Shown: positions 29,762-39,682, counted from the first letter of the stretch. The stretch: 64,000 bases of DNA from an uncultured Candidatus Saccharibacteria bacterium (GCA_965230915.1 OZ246395.1:204019-268018), one strand, 5' to 3'. The notes: a model not told the origin generated them from the letters alone. Translations and numbers: made by a program.

Positions 29762-30433
29762 ATGAAAGCATTAGTAATCGACGATGATCCTCGAATAGTT
29801 CGAAGACTCCAACGTATTCTAAAAGACGAATATGTGGTCGATATTGCTCAAAGTGCTTCAGCGGGCGAAAAACTCGCTTACAATTCTCATTACGACATTA
29901 TTTTGCTCGATCTAATGCTTCCTGATATGGATGGTTTAGATTTATGTTCTGTCCTTAAGACAAATACGAAGGATATTCCTATAATGATTATTTCTGATAA
30001 AAATTCGATTGCCGATATCGATCGTGCATTCGATAAAGGGGCCGACGATTACTTAATGAAACCTTTAAATGTACGAGAATTAAAAGCTCGAATGAAGGCC
30101 TTATTGCGGCGTGTTGCCAGATCAGAAGACTTATATAGTAAGACTTTAACTCTTCGTAATTTAATGTTTGATAGGTCTCGAAAAGCCTTGTTTTACAACG
30201 AAAAAAGGGTTGCGCTGCGAAAAAAAGAAATGCAGTTAATCGAGTTTCTAATGGTAAACAAAGGTAGGGTTTTAACTCGTGGTGAAATTTTGGAACACGT
30301 TTGGGACGCTGATATCAGCGTATTCACAAATACGGTCGACGTACATATGAAACGTTTACGAGACAAAATAGAGAAGCCTTTTAATGAAAAGTATATCGAA
30401 ACCGTTCATGGTCTAGGTTATATTATTGAGTGA
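29762..30433 (+). CDS. OmpR-family two-component response regulator (REC plus winged-helix trans_reg_C). No cognate kinase in the window.
   Basis: 'ALVIDDDPRIV...DIILLDLMLPDMDGLDLC...IPIMIISDKNSIADIDRAFDKGADDYLMKP' and C-terminal '...VHMKRLRDKIE...IETVHGLGY'. Confidence 0.85.
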   Translation: MKALVIDDDPRIVRRLQRILKDEYVVDIAQSASAGEKLAYNSHYDIILLDLMLPDMDGLDLCSVLKTNTKDIPIMIISDKNSIADIDRAFDKGADDYLMKPLNVRELKARMKALLRRVARSEDLYSKTLTLRNLMFDRSRKALFYNEKRVALRKKEMQLIEFLMVNKGRVLTRGEILEHVWDADISVFTNTVDVHMKRLRDKIEKPFNEKYIETVHGLGYIIE

Positions 30434-30444
30434 GATTTTTGCTA

Positions 30445-30699
30445 TTAAGCAGCTTTTTGTGCTTTAGCTTCAGCTGAAACGTATTCTGGGTATTTTGCAC
30501 CAAAGATTTTTCCCTGTTTTACAGATTTTAAGCAGTCAGTACAAATGTTTACCTGAACTGGAACATCTTGCACTAAAATAGTGGTTTTTCTAAGATTTGG
30601 TTGTCTATGTCGGATACTACGATACTTAACTCCCCAGATAAGGGCGATCTTTTTTCCTTTTTGTGATTTTTTATCGCAGAGTTGGCAAACTTTTGACAT
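30445..30699 (-). CDS. rpmB: 50S ribosomal protein L28.
   Basis: MSKVCQLCDKKSQKGKKIA... and 'RHRQPNLRKTT'; typical L28 start and size. Confidence 0.8.
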   Translation of the reverse strand: MSKVCQLCDKKSQKGKKIALIWGVKYRSIRHRQPNLRKTTILVQDVPVQVNICTDCLKSVKQGKIFGAKYPEYVSAEAKAQKAA

Positions 30700-30809
30700 G
30701 CGAATATTAAACCATTTTTGAGGCTAAATGGCAACCTTTTTAGTATAGATTTACTGTTTTGTTAGTTTTTTGTTACATAAAATTAATGTGCGGGGAGTAG
30801 ATTTGCAGA

Positions 30810-31673
30810 ATGAAATGGCAGAAAGCAGACCTTACTACACAGTTCAAAATGATCGATGGAATGAATATAGATCCACCTCTAGAAAAGCTTTATTTTTCAG
30901 GTGAAATACCCGATTTAGATAACGCTATCGCAGTTGTTGGGTCTCGTAAGGTCTCAGATTACGGCAAAAGAGTGTGTCGCGAATTTGTTTCGGTTATGGC
31001 AAAAGCTGGGCTTACTATAATTAGTGGATTAATGTATGGAATCGATATCGAAGCTCATAATGCGGCCATTGATGCCGGAGGGAAGACTGTCGGAGTTTTG
31101 GGCTATGGCCACGATTATTTACGTAATTATGGTTATGCCCAAAATCTATATGAAAAGATTCTAGCTACAAAATCAGGTGCAGTGATTTCAGAATATGAGC
31201 CAAGCGAGCCTGCTGCTAAATGGACATTTCCAAAAAGGAACCGCATTATTTCTGCTTTATCTAAAGCAGTTTTAGTAATAGAAGGTGGAGAAAACTCAGG
31301 TAGCTTGATAACAGCTGGATATGCAGTAGAGCAGGGTAAAGAGGTTTTTGCAGTTCCCGGCTCTATATATAATGTGAATTCGAAGGGAACAAATTGGCTT
31401 ATAAAGCAGGGAGCCCACATGGCGACTTCACCTGAAGATATATTATTATTCTTTGGAAAACCTTTGCCTAATAAAATAGACAAAACAAAATTAAGTGAAA
31501 CAGAGCAGCAGATTTTACAAATTATAGAATCGCTAGATCAAAATACTACGGCATCAAAAATAGCCGATATTTCAGGACTTTCAGTAGGAGATTTAAACGC
31601 AAAGTTGTCAAAACTGGAACTTATGGGGTATATTGCCCGAGGTAATTTTGGAAAATTTACGATTTTAAAGTGA
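30810..31673 (+). CDS. dprA: DNA processing protein DprA (Smf), competence/recombination mediator.
   Basis: 'AVVGSRKVSDYGKRV...GLMYGIDIEAHNAAIDAGGKTVGVLGYGHD' Rossmann-like DprA core, and a C-terminal winged-helix-like region. Confidence 0.85.
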   Translation: MKWQKADLTTQFKMIDGMNIDPPLEKLYFSGEIPDLDNAIAVVGSRKVSDYGKRVCREFVSVMAKAGLTIISGLMYGIDIEAHNAAIDAGGKTVGVLGYGHDYLRNYGYAQNLYEKILATKSGAVISEYEPSEPAAKWTFPKRNRIISALSKAVLVIEGGENSGSLITAGYAVEQGKEVFAVPGSIYNVNSKGTNWLIKQGAHMATSPEDILLFFGKPLPNKIDKTKLSETEQQILQIIESLDQNTTASKIADISGLSVGDLNAKLSKLELMGYIARGNFGKFTILK

Positions 31674-31719
31674 ATGCCAAATCAAAAATTTTCCTGTACA
31701 GTTATCTAATAATAAAGAT

Positions 31720-34074
31720 ATGAAAAACATTGTAGTTGTTGAATCTCCATCAAAAACAAAGAAATTAGCTTCATTTTTAGGCAAAGATTATGAAGTTTTA
31801 TCGTCGGTTGGGCATATACGTGACCTGCCAAAATCAGGTCTTGGTGTCGATGTAGAAAATAATTTCGAGCCAGAGTACGTATTGTCTCCTGATAAAAAAG
31901 ACGTAATTAACGGGCTTAAACGGTCGGCAAAAGATGCTGACGCTATTTACTTGGCAACGGATCTTGACCGCGAAGGCGAAGCTATTGCCTGGCATGTGGC
32001 TTATTTAATGAATAACGAGAAAGATTTGACCAATGCCGAAGATAAGGACGCGAACTATCAGATAGCTCAAAAGGTAAAAAATAAAAATGGCCAAAACCCT
32101 AAGGTATATCGAGTAACTTTTAACTCCATCACAAAAGAAGCTGTGCTAGATGGGTTTAAGGCTCCTCGCAAACTGGATTTAAACTTAATCGATGCACAAC
32201 AGGGACGAAGAATATTAGATAGATTAGTAGGCTATAAGCTGTCCCCACTGTTATGGGAAAAAATCCGCTATGGATTATCGGCAGGTCGAGTACAATCTGT
32301 TGCCGTGCGTCTAATTGTAGAAAGAGAGCGCGAAATAAAGGAATTTAATAAACTTCCATATTATGAGATTTTTGCCGATTTTATAAAAGGCAAAGATAAG
32401 CTAATCACAAAACTAGTAAAAATCGATGGTCAATCAATTTACGAGAAGAAAAAATTCAAACTTTTTGCTTCCGAATATATAGCTTCAAAAACAATATTAG
32501 ATAATGAAACTGACGTAAAGAAAGCATTAGAGAATATTAAAAAAGATGAGTTTGCCGTAACTCAAGTTGAATCAAAAGATCTAAAAAGTCACCCAAGTCC
32601 ACCGTTTGCTACAGCAACGCTTCAGCAAGCAGCCAGTTCAAATTTAGGTTATTCGCCAGCTAGAACAATGCAACTTGCACAAAAATTATATGAAGGCGGA
32701 TTCATAACTTACATGCGTACCGATAGCATTAATTTAAACGCAGATACCATAAAAGACATTAGAAAATTTATAAAGGGAGCTTACGGCGACAATTATATGC
32801 TCGCGCATGAACGTCATTTTAAGGCTAAAAAAGATGCAAGAACTCAGGAAGCTCACGAAGGTATTAGGCCAACCGATGTAGCAGTTCGCGCAGAGGAATT
32901 ACCAAAATCGGTGAATCCGCAACAAAGAAAGTTATATGAGCTTATTTGGCGCAGAACAATAGCCTCACAAATGGCTCCAGCAGTTTTTGGTAACACAAAG
33001 GCAGCTATTGAAAATACAAAAGGTGAAAGCAAATATACATTCGAAGCTCGAGGCTCAATAATAAAATTCGATGGATACCTAAAAGTTTACTCGAACAAAC
33101 GAAAAGATGAGATTTTGCCGGAAATTAAGGAAGGGGACTCAGTTAAATTAGAAGACGTTCATGAAGAAGCGAAAGAAATGTCTGCTCCACCAAGGTATAA
33201 CGAGTCATCGCTCGTAAAAGAGCTCGAAAGCTTTAATATTGGACGTCCGTCTACATATGCGTCGATTATTTCGACGATTCAGACACGTGGTTATGTTAAA
33301 AAGATCGATAAGTCATTATCTCCAACTGACAATGGATATGTTGTAAACGATCTTTTGGTTCAGCATTTTCCACAGATTGTAGATGTCGACTTTACTGCTG
33401 AAATGGAAGAAGGCCTAGACGAAGTGGCCGAAGGTGATTTAGATTGGCGCAAATTATTAGGGGAATTTTATAAACCGTTCGAAAAACTTGTTGCTGCAAA
33501 GCGCAAAGAAATCAAAAAAGAAGATGTTGTTATTATGGAAAAAACCGATGAGGGTTGTCCAGAATGTGGTAAAGGCCATTTAATTGTAAAGCTGGGTAAA
33601 TTCGGCAAATTCTTAAGCTGTGATCAGTATCCGGAATGTAAATACGCAAGACCTATTGAAACCGAAGAAACTGCTGCAATGCAAAATGAAAATGAAGAGG
33701 CTGGGGTAAGCGAAGAAATTCCAGATTTAAATGAAAAATGCCCTGAATGCGGAGGCCAACTGACAATTAAAGAAGGTCGTTTCGGCAAATTTATCGCCTG
33801 CGAAAACTATCCCAAGTGTAAATTTACAAAAGCTATCTTAAAGAAGGTCGGAATTAAATGTCCCAAATGCGGCGAAGAACACGGTGGGGAAGTTGTAATG
33901 AAACGAACACAGCGTCAAAAAATATTCTTTGGATGTTCAAGATATCCTGCTTGCGATTATGCAAGTTGGACAAAGCCAGTTGTCGGAGAAGATGGAAAGG
34001 TAATTGATGAGCCGGCCAAAAAGGCAAAGAAATCGGCTAAAAAGGTTGCTAAAAAAGCAAAAAGTAAAAAATAA
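31720..34074 (+). CDS. topA: DNA topoisomerase I with C-terminal zinc-ribbon (C4) repeats and a Lys-rich tail.
   Basis: TOPRIM 'VVVESPSKTKKLASFLGKDYEVLSSVGHIRDLPKS'; 'DLDREGEAIAWH'; active-site region 'ITYMRTDS'; three CPxCG...C zinc ribbons. Confidence 0.95.
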   Translation: MKNIVVVESPSKTKKLASFLGKDYEVLSSVGHIRDLPKSGLGVDVENNFEPEYVLSPDKKDVINGLKRSAKDADAIYLATDLDREGEAIAWHVAYLMNNEKDLTNAEDKDANYQIAQKVKNKNGQNPKVYRVTFNSITKEAVLDGFKAPRKLDLNLIDAQQGRRILDRLVGYKLSPLLWEKIRYGLSAGRVQSVAVRLIVEREREIKEFNKLPYYEIFADFIKGKDKLITKLVKIDGQSIYEKKKFKLFASEYIASKTILDNETDVKKALENIKKDEFAVTQVESKDLKSHPSPPFATATLQQAASSNLGYSPARTMQLAQKLYEGGFITYMRTDSINLNADTIKDIRKFIKGAYGDNYMLAHERHFKAKKDARTQEAHEGIRPTDVAVRAEELPKSVNPQQRKLYELIWRRTIASQMAPAVFGNTKAAIENTKGESKYTFEARGSIIKFDGYLKVYSNKRKDEILPEIKEGDSVKLEDVHEEAKEMSAPPRYNESSLVKELESFNIGRPSTYASIISTIQTRGYVKKIDKSLSPTDNGYVVNDLLVQHFPQIVDVDFTAEMEEGLDEVAEGDLDWRKLLGEFYKPFEKLVAAKRKEIKKEDVVIMEKTDEGCPECGKGHLIVKLGKFGKFLSCDQYPECKYARPIETEETAAMQNENEEAGVSEEIPDLNEKCPECGGQLTIKEGRFGKFIACENYPKCKFTKAILKKVGIKCPKCGEEHGGEVVMKRTQRQKIFFGCSRYPACDYASWTKPVVGEDGKVIDEPAKKAKKSAKKVAKKAKSKK

Positions 34075-34134
34075 TCCCCGAGTACGATGGTTTTGATTGT
34101 GCGTGATTCACGCGAAAAACCACCGTACCGGGGA
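34075..34134. terminator. Long inverted repeat / bidirectional terminator between topA (+) and the convergent ORF (-).
   Basis: TCCCCGAGTACGATGGTTTT ... AAAACCACCGTACCGGGGA (about 17/19 complementary), enclosing the palindrome GCGTGAtTCACGC. Confidence 0.55.
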
Positions 34135-34141
34135 ATAAGCA

Positions 34142-34615
34142 TTAACGTCCTGCCCGTATTAATTCTTCTATCCTCGGGCAAACCTCGTCCACGAACTTTT
34201 TCCAGAATTCAGATTGAGGGCGGTAATGTACTCCAACGACCATTGCTGTCGCAAATACTTTGCCCACATTGAATTGTCGCATTACTTGCTGAATTCCGTT
34301 GGCCACTTGCCAATCAGCTTCCTCGATAATGTCATCTAGCCATACCTGAATTAGCATAGCCACATCGGTTTGCAAACTATACCGACGAGCCACACATAGA
34401 ACCAGAGTTAAGCGGTCTCGGATCGACCATTGTGAGTCATCGGTAAGTAAGAGGCCTTCCAGCGTTCCGTCCCAATCATTTTTTGCCAGGGGTGTTGTAT
34501 CTCTAGGTGGGTGCAGCCCCAAGTAGTTCATGTGGGGGTCACTGGCTTCCAGCGCCTTTCCGGTAATTGGGCTAGGTACTACATCCCAGACAATCCCATA
34601 TCTCACATTAATCAT
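34142..34615 (-). CDS. Hypothetical protein (157 aa) encoded by a moderately GC-rich (~47%) gene.
   Basis: ORF with codon usage shifted toward GC; no recognised family. Confidence 0.55.
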   Translation of the reverse strand: MINVRYGIVWDVVPSPITGKALEASDPHMNYLGLHPPRDTTPLAKNDWDGTLEGLLLTDDSQWSIRDRLTLVLCVARRYSLQTDVAMLIQVWLDDIIEEADWQVANGIQQVMRQFNVGKVFATAMVVGVHYRPQSEFWKKFVDEVCPRIEELIRAGR

Positions 34616-34917
34616 ATTTTCTCCATCCCAGATTAAGTAGATTAGTTAATGTTCTACAAACTGGGCGATATTATAACAGGAGCTCGTGCGAGGCCAAAAC
34701 GTTAAAGGATTCAATTATCCTTATTTTTCTGATATTATATTCACATTACGCATGATCGGACATGCTCCTGAGTCCTACTAGTCCGATCAGAGGGTTAAGG
34801 AGCGTGAGATTTTTACATCTAAAATTAAAAAAAGGCTTCGGCTGTATAGTCTTCGACAGATGATGCGACTGCAGAATTTTTTTGATTTTATCTATAAAAA
34901 ATCTCAAATAAAAATCA

Positions 34918-35772
34918 ATGTCAAAACAAAACATCAAACTGCCTACAGTAGAAGAAATGTTAGAAGCTGGAGTCCACTTCGGTCACCAGATGAAGAGAAG
35001 ATCTCCCTACATGGATAAATTTATCTATGGAGTCGATAACAAAAGTCAGGTCATCGACCTTTATAAAACTCAAGAACAGCTCCAAAAAGCTATAGATTTC
35101 ATTTACGAAATCACTAGTCGTGGAGGACAAATAGTCGTCGTTGGAGCAAAAAGACAAGCTAGCCCAGTTGTTAAAGAAATGGCTCAGAAAGCTGGTCTTT
35201 TATTCGTAAACCAACGCTGGTTAGGCGGAACTTTTACAAACTTCAATTCTATAAAAGGTAAAGTCGATCGTTTAAATTTCTTGATCGACGCCAGAAAAAG
35301 AGGGGATCTTGATAAATACACCAAACGAGAAAGATTAGATTTTGACCGCGAAATCGAAAAACTTGAAGAAGTAGTCGGAGGAATCAGAGGAATCAAGAGA
35401 TTTCCAGACGCTTTAATAGTTGTTGACGTTAAGAAAGAAAAAGTTGCTGTTCACGAAGCTAAAGCTGCAAAAGTTCCAGTTATTGGAATTGTTGATACAA
35501 ACAGCGATCCACGAAATGTTAAATACATCGTTCCTGCTAATGATGACGCTATTAAATCAATCAATTTGATTTTGGGAGTATTAACTGACGCCGCAATCGA
35601 AGGCTATAAAGATCAAAACATGGAAGCTCCTAAAACAGAAGCCCCAAAAGCTGAAGTTAAAGAAGAAGCGCCAGTAAAAGAAGCAAAAGCCACAGCTCCA
35701 AAAAAAGCTGAAACAAAAGCAAAGCCAGGTGCACCCGTCAAGCGAGTACAAGCAAAAACTAAGTCTAAATAA
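34918..35772 (+). CDS. rpsB: 30S ribosomal protein S2 with a Lys/Ala/Pro-rich C-terminal extension.
   Basis: 'MLEAGVHFGHQMKRRSPYM...GGQIVVVGAKRQA...LFVNQRWLGGTFTNF' S2 core. Confidence 0.9.
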   Translation: MSKQNIKLPTVEEMLEAGVHFGHQMKRRSPYMDKFIYGVDNKSQVIDLYKTQEQLQKAIDFIYEITSRGGQIVVVGAKRQASPVVKEMAQKAGLLFVNQRWLGGTFTNFNSIKGKVDRLNFLIDARKRGDLDKYTKRERLDFDREIEKLEEVVGGIRGIKRFPDALIVVDVKKEKVAVHEAKAAKVPVIGIVDTNSDPRNVKYIVPANDDAIKSINLILGVLTDAAIEGYKDQNMEAPKTEAPKAEVKEEAPVKEAKATAPKKAETKAKPGAPVKRVQAKTKSK

Positions 35773-35815
35773 TTATTTAATTGGATAAGCCGGACAGGTT
35801 ATCCACAAAAAAGTA

Positions 35816-36268
35816 ATGGATATCAACATAATAAAAAACTTACGTGAAGAAACAGGTGCAGGAGTTATGGATGCTAAAAAAGCATTAGAAGAATCGGGCG
35901 GAGATGTAGAAAAAGCAAAACAAATTTTACAAGAAAAAGGTGTTGAAAGAGCTGCCAAAAAAGGCGATCGCGAAATTAAAGCAGGAAGAATTTTTTCTTA
36001 CATTCACTCAACCGGAACTGTCGGAACTTTAGTAAAACTTGGTTGTGAAACTGATTTCGTTGCTAAAAACGAAGAATTCACAAAACTCGGAAACGAAATT
36101 GCTATGCAATATGCTGCAATGGGTTCAGAAAACACCACCGTCGAAGAGCTTTTAGAGCAAGATTACATAAGAGATTCATCAAAGAAAATTAAAGATTTAG
36201 TTACAGGTGCCGTTTCTAAAACTGGCGAAAACATAACTGTAGCTGAAGTCACAAGATTCTCTTTATAA
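35816..36268 (+). CDS. tsf: Elongation factor Ts, short (150 aa) form.
   Basis: 'LREETGAGVMDAKKALEESGGDVEKAKQILQEKG' UBA-like N-terminal domain, then 'GRIFSYIHSTGTVGTLVKLGCETDFVAKNEEF'. Lies immediately downstream of rpsB. Confidence 0.85.
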   Translation: MDINIIKNLREETGAGVMDAKKALEESGGDVEKAKQILQEKGVERAAKKGDREIKAGRIFSYIHSTGTVGTLVKLGCETDFVAKNEEFTKLGNEIAMQYAAMGSENTTVEELLEQDYIRDSSKKIKDLVTGAVSKTGENITVAEVTRFSL

Positions 36269-36375
36269 AGGGGACCTCAGTCATTCCTCAGTATTCTGGC
36301 TTATTGTTTGAATATTGAGGAAATGGTAAAAATACTCCATAAGTATTTATTGAACTTTCATAAACATTTAACAAT

Positions 36376-36930
36376 ATGAAACCAGAAGATTTTCAAAATC
36401 ACCTAACAAATATTAAAAAATTTCTAAATGACGAACTTTCCAAACTAAGAGTTGGAAGAGCGGCCCCATCTCTAATTGAAGATATTAGAGTTGAAGCCTA
36501 TGCAGGTTCTGAAGCCATGCCTATTAAAGAGCTGGGTAGCGTTTCTGTGCCAGATTCTCAGTCAATAACAATTGCTCCATGGGACAAGTCGATTTTGAAA
36601 AAGATTGAAGACGCAATTAGAAATTCAGGTCGCGGATTAAATCCAATTAATGAAGGGGAACAGATTCGTGTTCCGATTCCTCCACTTACAGAAGATCGTC
36701 GCCGAGAAATGACAAAAGAAGTTTCAAAAACCGTTGAACAGGCCAAAATTCGAGTTAGAACTCTACGCCAAGACGTGATCAAATCAATAGAAGAACAGGA
36801 AACTAATGGTGTTATTTCAGAAGATGATATGGCCCGCGAAAAGAAAGATATCGAAGCTAAAATCAAACAAATTAATGATGAACTTGATCAAATAGGCGAG
36901 GCTAAATCCGCTGATATAATGAAGGTTTGA
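36376..36930 (+). CDS. frr: Ribosome recycling factor.
   Basis: 'LSKLRVGRAAPSLIEDIRVEAYAGSEAMPIKELGSVSVPDSQSITIAPWDKS...IRNSGRGLNP' canonical RRF. Confidence 0.9.
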   Translation: MKPEDFQNHLTNIKKFLNDELSKLRVGRAAPSLIEDIRVEAYAGSEAMPIKELGSVSVPDSQSITIAPWDKSILKKIEDAIRNSGRGLNPINEGEQIRVPIPPLTEDRRREMTKEVSKTVEQAKIRVRTLRQDVIKSIEEQETNGVISEDDMAREKKDIEAKIKQINDELDQIGEAKSADIMKV

Positions 36931-36932
36931 TC

Positions 36933-37020
36933 TTAGAATGTTTCTCGAAATCTAACCTCAGGATTCATGCTTGAGCCTGTAGTCTCAAGATACCTCCAGG
37001 CAGATTTCTCAAAACATTCT
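36933..37020 (+). promoter_or_regulatory. Structured intergenic element between frr and rseP: an 11-bp perfect outer stem TTAGAATGTTT / AAACATTCTAA enclosing two internal hairpins.
   Basis: Inverted repeats seen directly: outer 36933-36943 against 37010-37020; inner CTCAgGattcatgCtTGAG and GCCTGtagtctcaagatacctcCAGGC. Confidence 0.35.
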
Positions 37021-37047
37021 AATATCATTACATTAAAAACATAAAAT

Positions 37048-38190
37048 ATGATATTTTCTCTGCTGCTTTTTATTCTAATACTATCTTTTCTAGTGTTTAT
37101 TCACGAACTTGGCCATTTTGTTGCTGCACGCAAGAATGGCGTAAAAGTTGACGAATTCGGGCTCGGGATTCCACCAAGAGCCTGGGGTAAAAAGGTCGGT
37201 GAAACAATATATTCGCTTAATTGGCTTCCCATCGGAGGCTTTGTAAAAATTCGTGGCGAAGATTTCGAAGATTACGATCCAAAAGATCCAGAAAACTTTA
37301 TTAACAAAAAGCCATGGCAAAAATCGGTGATTTTACTCGCTGGAATTTTCATGAACTTTTTATTTGCTGTTGTGGTTTTTTACTTTCTATTATCTATAAA
37401 TGGATGGAAATCAAGCCCTTTAGCTATATTAACCGATTATAGATTTCCATTTGGACAAAAGGTTGAAGTTCCAAATGTTACAATGGGCTTTTCTGAAAAC
37501 TCTCCAGCAGGGGCCGCCGGAATGCAGTATGGCGACCAGGTTTTAAAACTAACTACATCCGAAACTTCGATTGAACCGAAATCTACTGATGAATTTATAA
37601 GCTTTGTTTCTGATAAAGCTGGTCAAGAAATCACAATTGATTCTAAAAATATAAATAATAATACCGAAGCTACTTATAAAGTGACGCCTGTTTATAACGA
37701 GCAGTTGGGTAGGGCAATAGTTGGAGTTCAACTAGGTGAGGTTGCTCAATTAGCTTACACTACACCAACAGATAAACTTTTCGCCGGATTTACCCATTCA
37801 ATAAACGTAATGGGATATTCTTTTGCAGTTTTAGGATCATTGGTCTCAACATCTGTCGAAACTAAAGATATCGAACCTGTTGCCCAAGGAGTTTCTGGTC
37901 CAGTTGGAATTTATGGCGCTGTAAATTCAATAACTGAAATGGCGGGAGAACGTATGATAGTTTCTATTTTAGATTTAATGGCTTTACTATCCTTATCTTT
38001 GGCCGTTATGAATTTGTTACCATTTCCGGCTTTAGATGGAGGCAGATGGGTTTTTGTTTTATTTGAATGGATATCTGGCAAAAAACCTTCTCAAAAGCTA
38101 GAAGCAAGGGCGCACCAAGTGGGTTTTGCCATTTTGATTGTATTTATTCTGGTAGTTACCTTCAAAGATATTTTCCAATTTTTGATATAG
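37048..38190 (+). CDS. rseP: RIP zinc metalloprotease RseP (site-2 protease, M50 plus PDZ).
   Basis: 'FIHELGHFVAARKNG' HExxH in TM1, a PDZ-like middle, and 'LNLLPFPALDGGRWVF' LDG motif. Lies downstream of frr as in many bacteria. Confidence 0.85.
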   Translation: MIFSLLLFILILSFLVFIHELGHFVAARKNGVKVDEFGLGIPPRAWGKKVGETIYSLNWLPIGGFVKIRGEDFEDYDPKDPENFINKKPWQKSVILLAGIFMNFLFAVVVFYFLLSINGWKSSPLAILTDYRFPFGQKVEVPNVTMGFSENSPAGAAGMQYGDQVLKLTTSETSIEPKSTDEFISFVSDKAGQEITIDSKNINNNTEATYKVTPVYNEQLGRAIVGVQLGEVAQLAYTTPTDKLFAGFTHSINVMGYSFAVLGSLVSTSVETKDIEPVAQGVSGPVGIYGAVNSITEMAGERMIVSILDLMALLSLSLAVMNLLPFPALDGGRWVFVLFEWISGKKPSQKLEARAHQVGFAILIVFILVVTFKDIFQFLI

Positions 38191-38302
38191 AGCCAAAGCC
38201 TATAGTTCGCAATTTAAACTTAGAATTGCTATAATATAGCTATTCTACGAAAGTAGTAGTGGCACAGTAAATAAAATTTAATCACAGTACAAGGGGAAGA
38301 AA

Positions 38303-38683
38303 ATGCCTCATTTGCAGATTTTGCCCACTCCGGAAAACATTGAGACCCTAAAGATGTTCTTCAAGGCTTTCCGAGAATTGAGCCTGCTCTTTGGGTTCAT
38401 ATGGTTTTTTGGTCATGGATTAGGCATAGCATACTATAAGGACTGTGGTAATAGCTTTTTTCGTAATATGATCCTGGTCATTTGGCATGCGGTAGCCGCC
38501 TTATTGGTATGGATCTCGGTGATTGTGATTCCATTAACAATCGAAGGTTCGTGGGTCAATAGTTATTTGAGCCTACGACCTAGCTTGTTTTTCGGCACTA
38601 TCATCACCGGTTATTGTCTTGGGCTCGTGGCCTATCTTCTAACCAGGCCTGAAGACCGCCGAGCAAGGAATTTTTCTACCTAA
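38303..38683 (+). CDS. Hypothetical integral membrane protein (126 aa, ~45% GC).
   Basis: Three hydrophobic helices. Preceded by a promoter-like TTCGCA-18-TATAAT and followed by a strong terminator. Confidence 0.5.
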   Translation: MPHLQILPTPENIETLKMFFKAFRELSLLFGFIWFFGHGLGIAYYKDCGNSFFRNMILVIWHAVAALLVWISVIVIPLTIEGSWVNSYLSLRPSLFFGTIITGYCLGLVAYLLTRPEDRRARNFST

Positions 38684-38695
38684 CCGTGCGCCACC

Positions 38696-38754
38696 GGACC
38701 TGGCTTTCTTATCAGAAATGATAGTTTTTAGAAAGCCAGGTCCTTTTGCTTTTT
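38696..38754 (+). terminator. Strong intrinsic terminator.
   Basis: GGACCTGGCTTTCT (38696-38709) pairs perfectly with AGAAAGCCAGGTCC (38730-38743) as a 14-bp stem, followed by TTTTGCTTTTT. Confidence 0.65.
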
Positions 38755-38781
38755 ACACTCAACCAATTTCATACTCACATA

Positions 38782-38810
38782 TTGGCAAAAAGCCATGTCC
38801 TTGCTATACT
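38782..38810 (+). promoter_or_regulatory. Sigma70-like promoter TTGGCA-17-TATACT, positioned so that rpsF (ATG 38819) would be leaderless.
   Basis: -35 TTGGCA at 38782-38787 and -10 TATACT at 38805-38810, giving a predicted +1 about 38817-38819. There is no SD before either candidate ATG. Confidence 0.45.
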
Positions 38811-38818
38811 TCTCACGC

Positions 38819-39103
38819 ATGAATAAGTACGAATTGATGGCGATCTATAACTCGAATCTCAAAGATGACGAGGTTAAGAAAAGTATCTCCACATTAAAAG
38901 ACAAAATTAAAGACCTAAAAGGTAACCTTACCAGTGAAGACTACTGGGGTTTAAAAGATCTCGCATATGAGATTAAAAAAGCAACAAAAGCTTATTATGT
39001 AGTATTAACCATCGATATGGATGGCGACTCAGCCAAAGAATTATCAGCATGGTTAGCAGGACAGGACAGTGTTTTAAGAAGCTTGTTAACAAAAGGTAAT
39101 TAA
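38819..39103 (+). CDS. rpsF: 30S ribosomal protein S6. Start taken at the second in-frame ATG; the track's 38795 gives an 8-aa longer form.
   Basis: MNKYELMAIYNSNLKDDEV... matches the S6 N-terminus pattern (M-x-x-YE-x-x-x-I), and 'DYWGLKDLAYEIKKATKAYYVVL' resembles the S6 'EDWGRRQLAYPI...AHYV' region. Confidence 0.85.
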   Translation: MNKYELMAIYNSNLKDDEVKKSISTLKDKIKDLKGNLTSEDYWGLKDLAYEIKKATKAYYVVLTIDMDGDSAKELSAWLAGQDSVLRSLLTKGN

Positions 39104-39176
39104 TCGTTAATAGATTTTTAACCTTAGGTTGATAGCATTGATTAAGTAATTATTTAAAGGATTCAAAAGGAGCTAT

Positions 39177-39668
39177 ATGGCTACAAGATCATTAAACCTA
39201 GTTTTTTTAATTGGAAATCTTACAAGAGATCCTGAACTTAGATACACATCAACAGGAACTGCTGTTGCAACATTTACAGTCGCAACAAACAGAAATTATG
39301 TAGATTCAACAGGAAAAGCTGTCGAATCAGCAGAATTTACTAATGTCGTAGCTTGGGCAAAACTTGCAGAAATTTGTGGACAACTTTTAAAGAAAGGAAT
39401 GAAGGTTCATATCCAAGGAAGACTTCAAACCTCAAAATGGCAAGACAAGGAATCAGGTAAAGAAATGAGAAAAACCGAGGTTGTAGCTACAGATATGATG
39501 ATTCTGTCTCCAGTAGCAGGTGGAAACGGCGGAATGTCTGAATCAGATTCAGAAGGCGGTTCAGCACCAGCTTCAAACTCAGGAGACATGGGAGAAAACG
39601 TAGATTTTAGTGCATTCGAAGAAATGGGCGATGCCCAGAATCCAGATGATTCAGGAACTCCATTCTAA
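39177..39668 (+). CDS. ssb: Single-stranded DNA-binding protein.
   Basis: OB-fold 'LNLVFLIGNLTRDPELRYTSTGTAVATFTVATNR...', a Gly/Ser-rich linker, and the acidic C-terminal tip 'DDSGTPF'. Strong SD AAAAGGAG. Confidence 0.9.
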   Translation: MATRSLNLVFLIGNLTRDPELRYTSTGTAVATFTVATNRNYVDSTGKAVESAEFTNVVAWAKLAEICGQLLKKGMKVHIQGRLQTSKWQDKESGKEMRKTEVVATDMMILSPVAGGNGGMSESDSEGGSAPASNSGDMGENVDFSAFEEMGDAQNPDDSGTPF

Positions 39669-39682
39669 ATTAGTTTAAAAAT

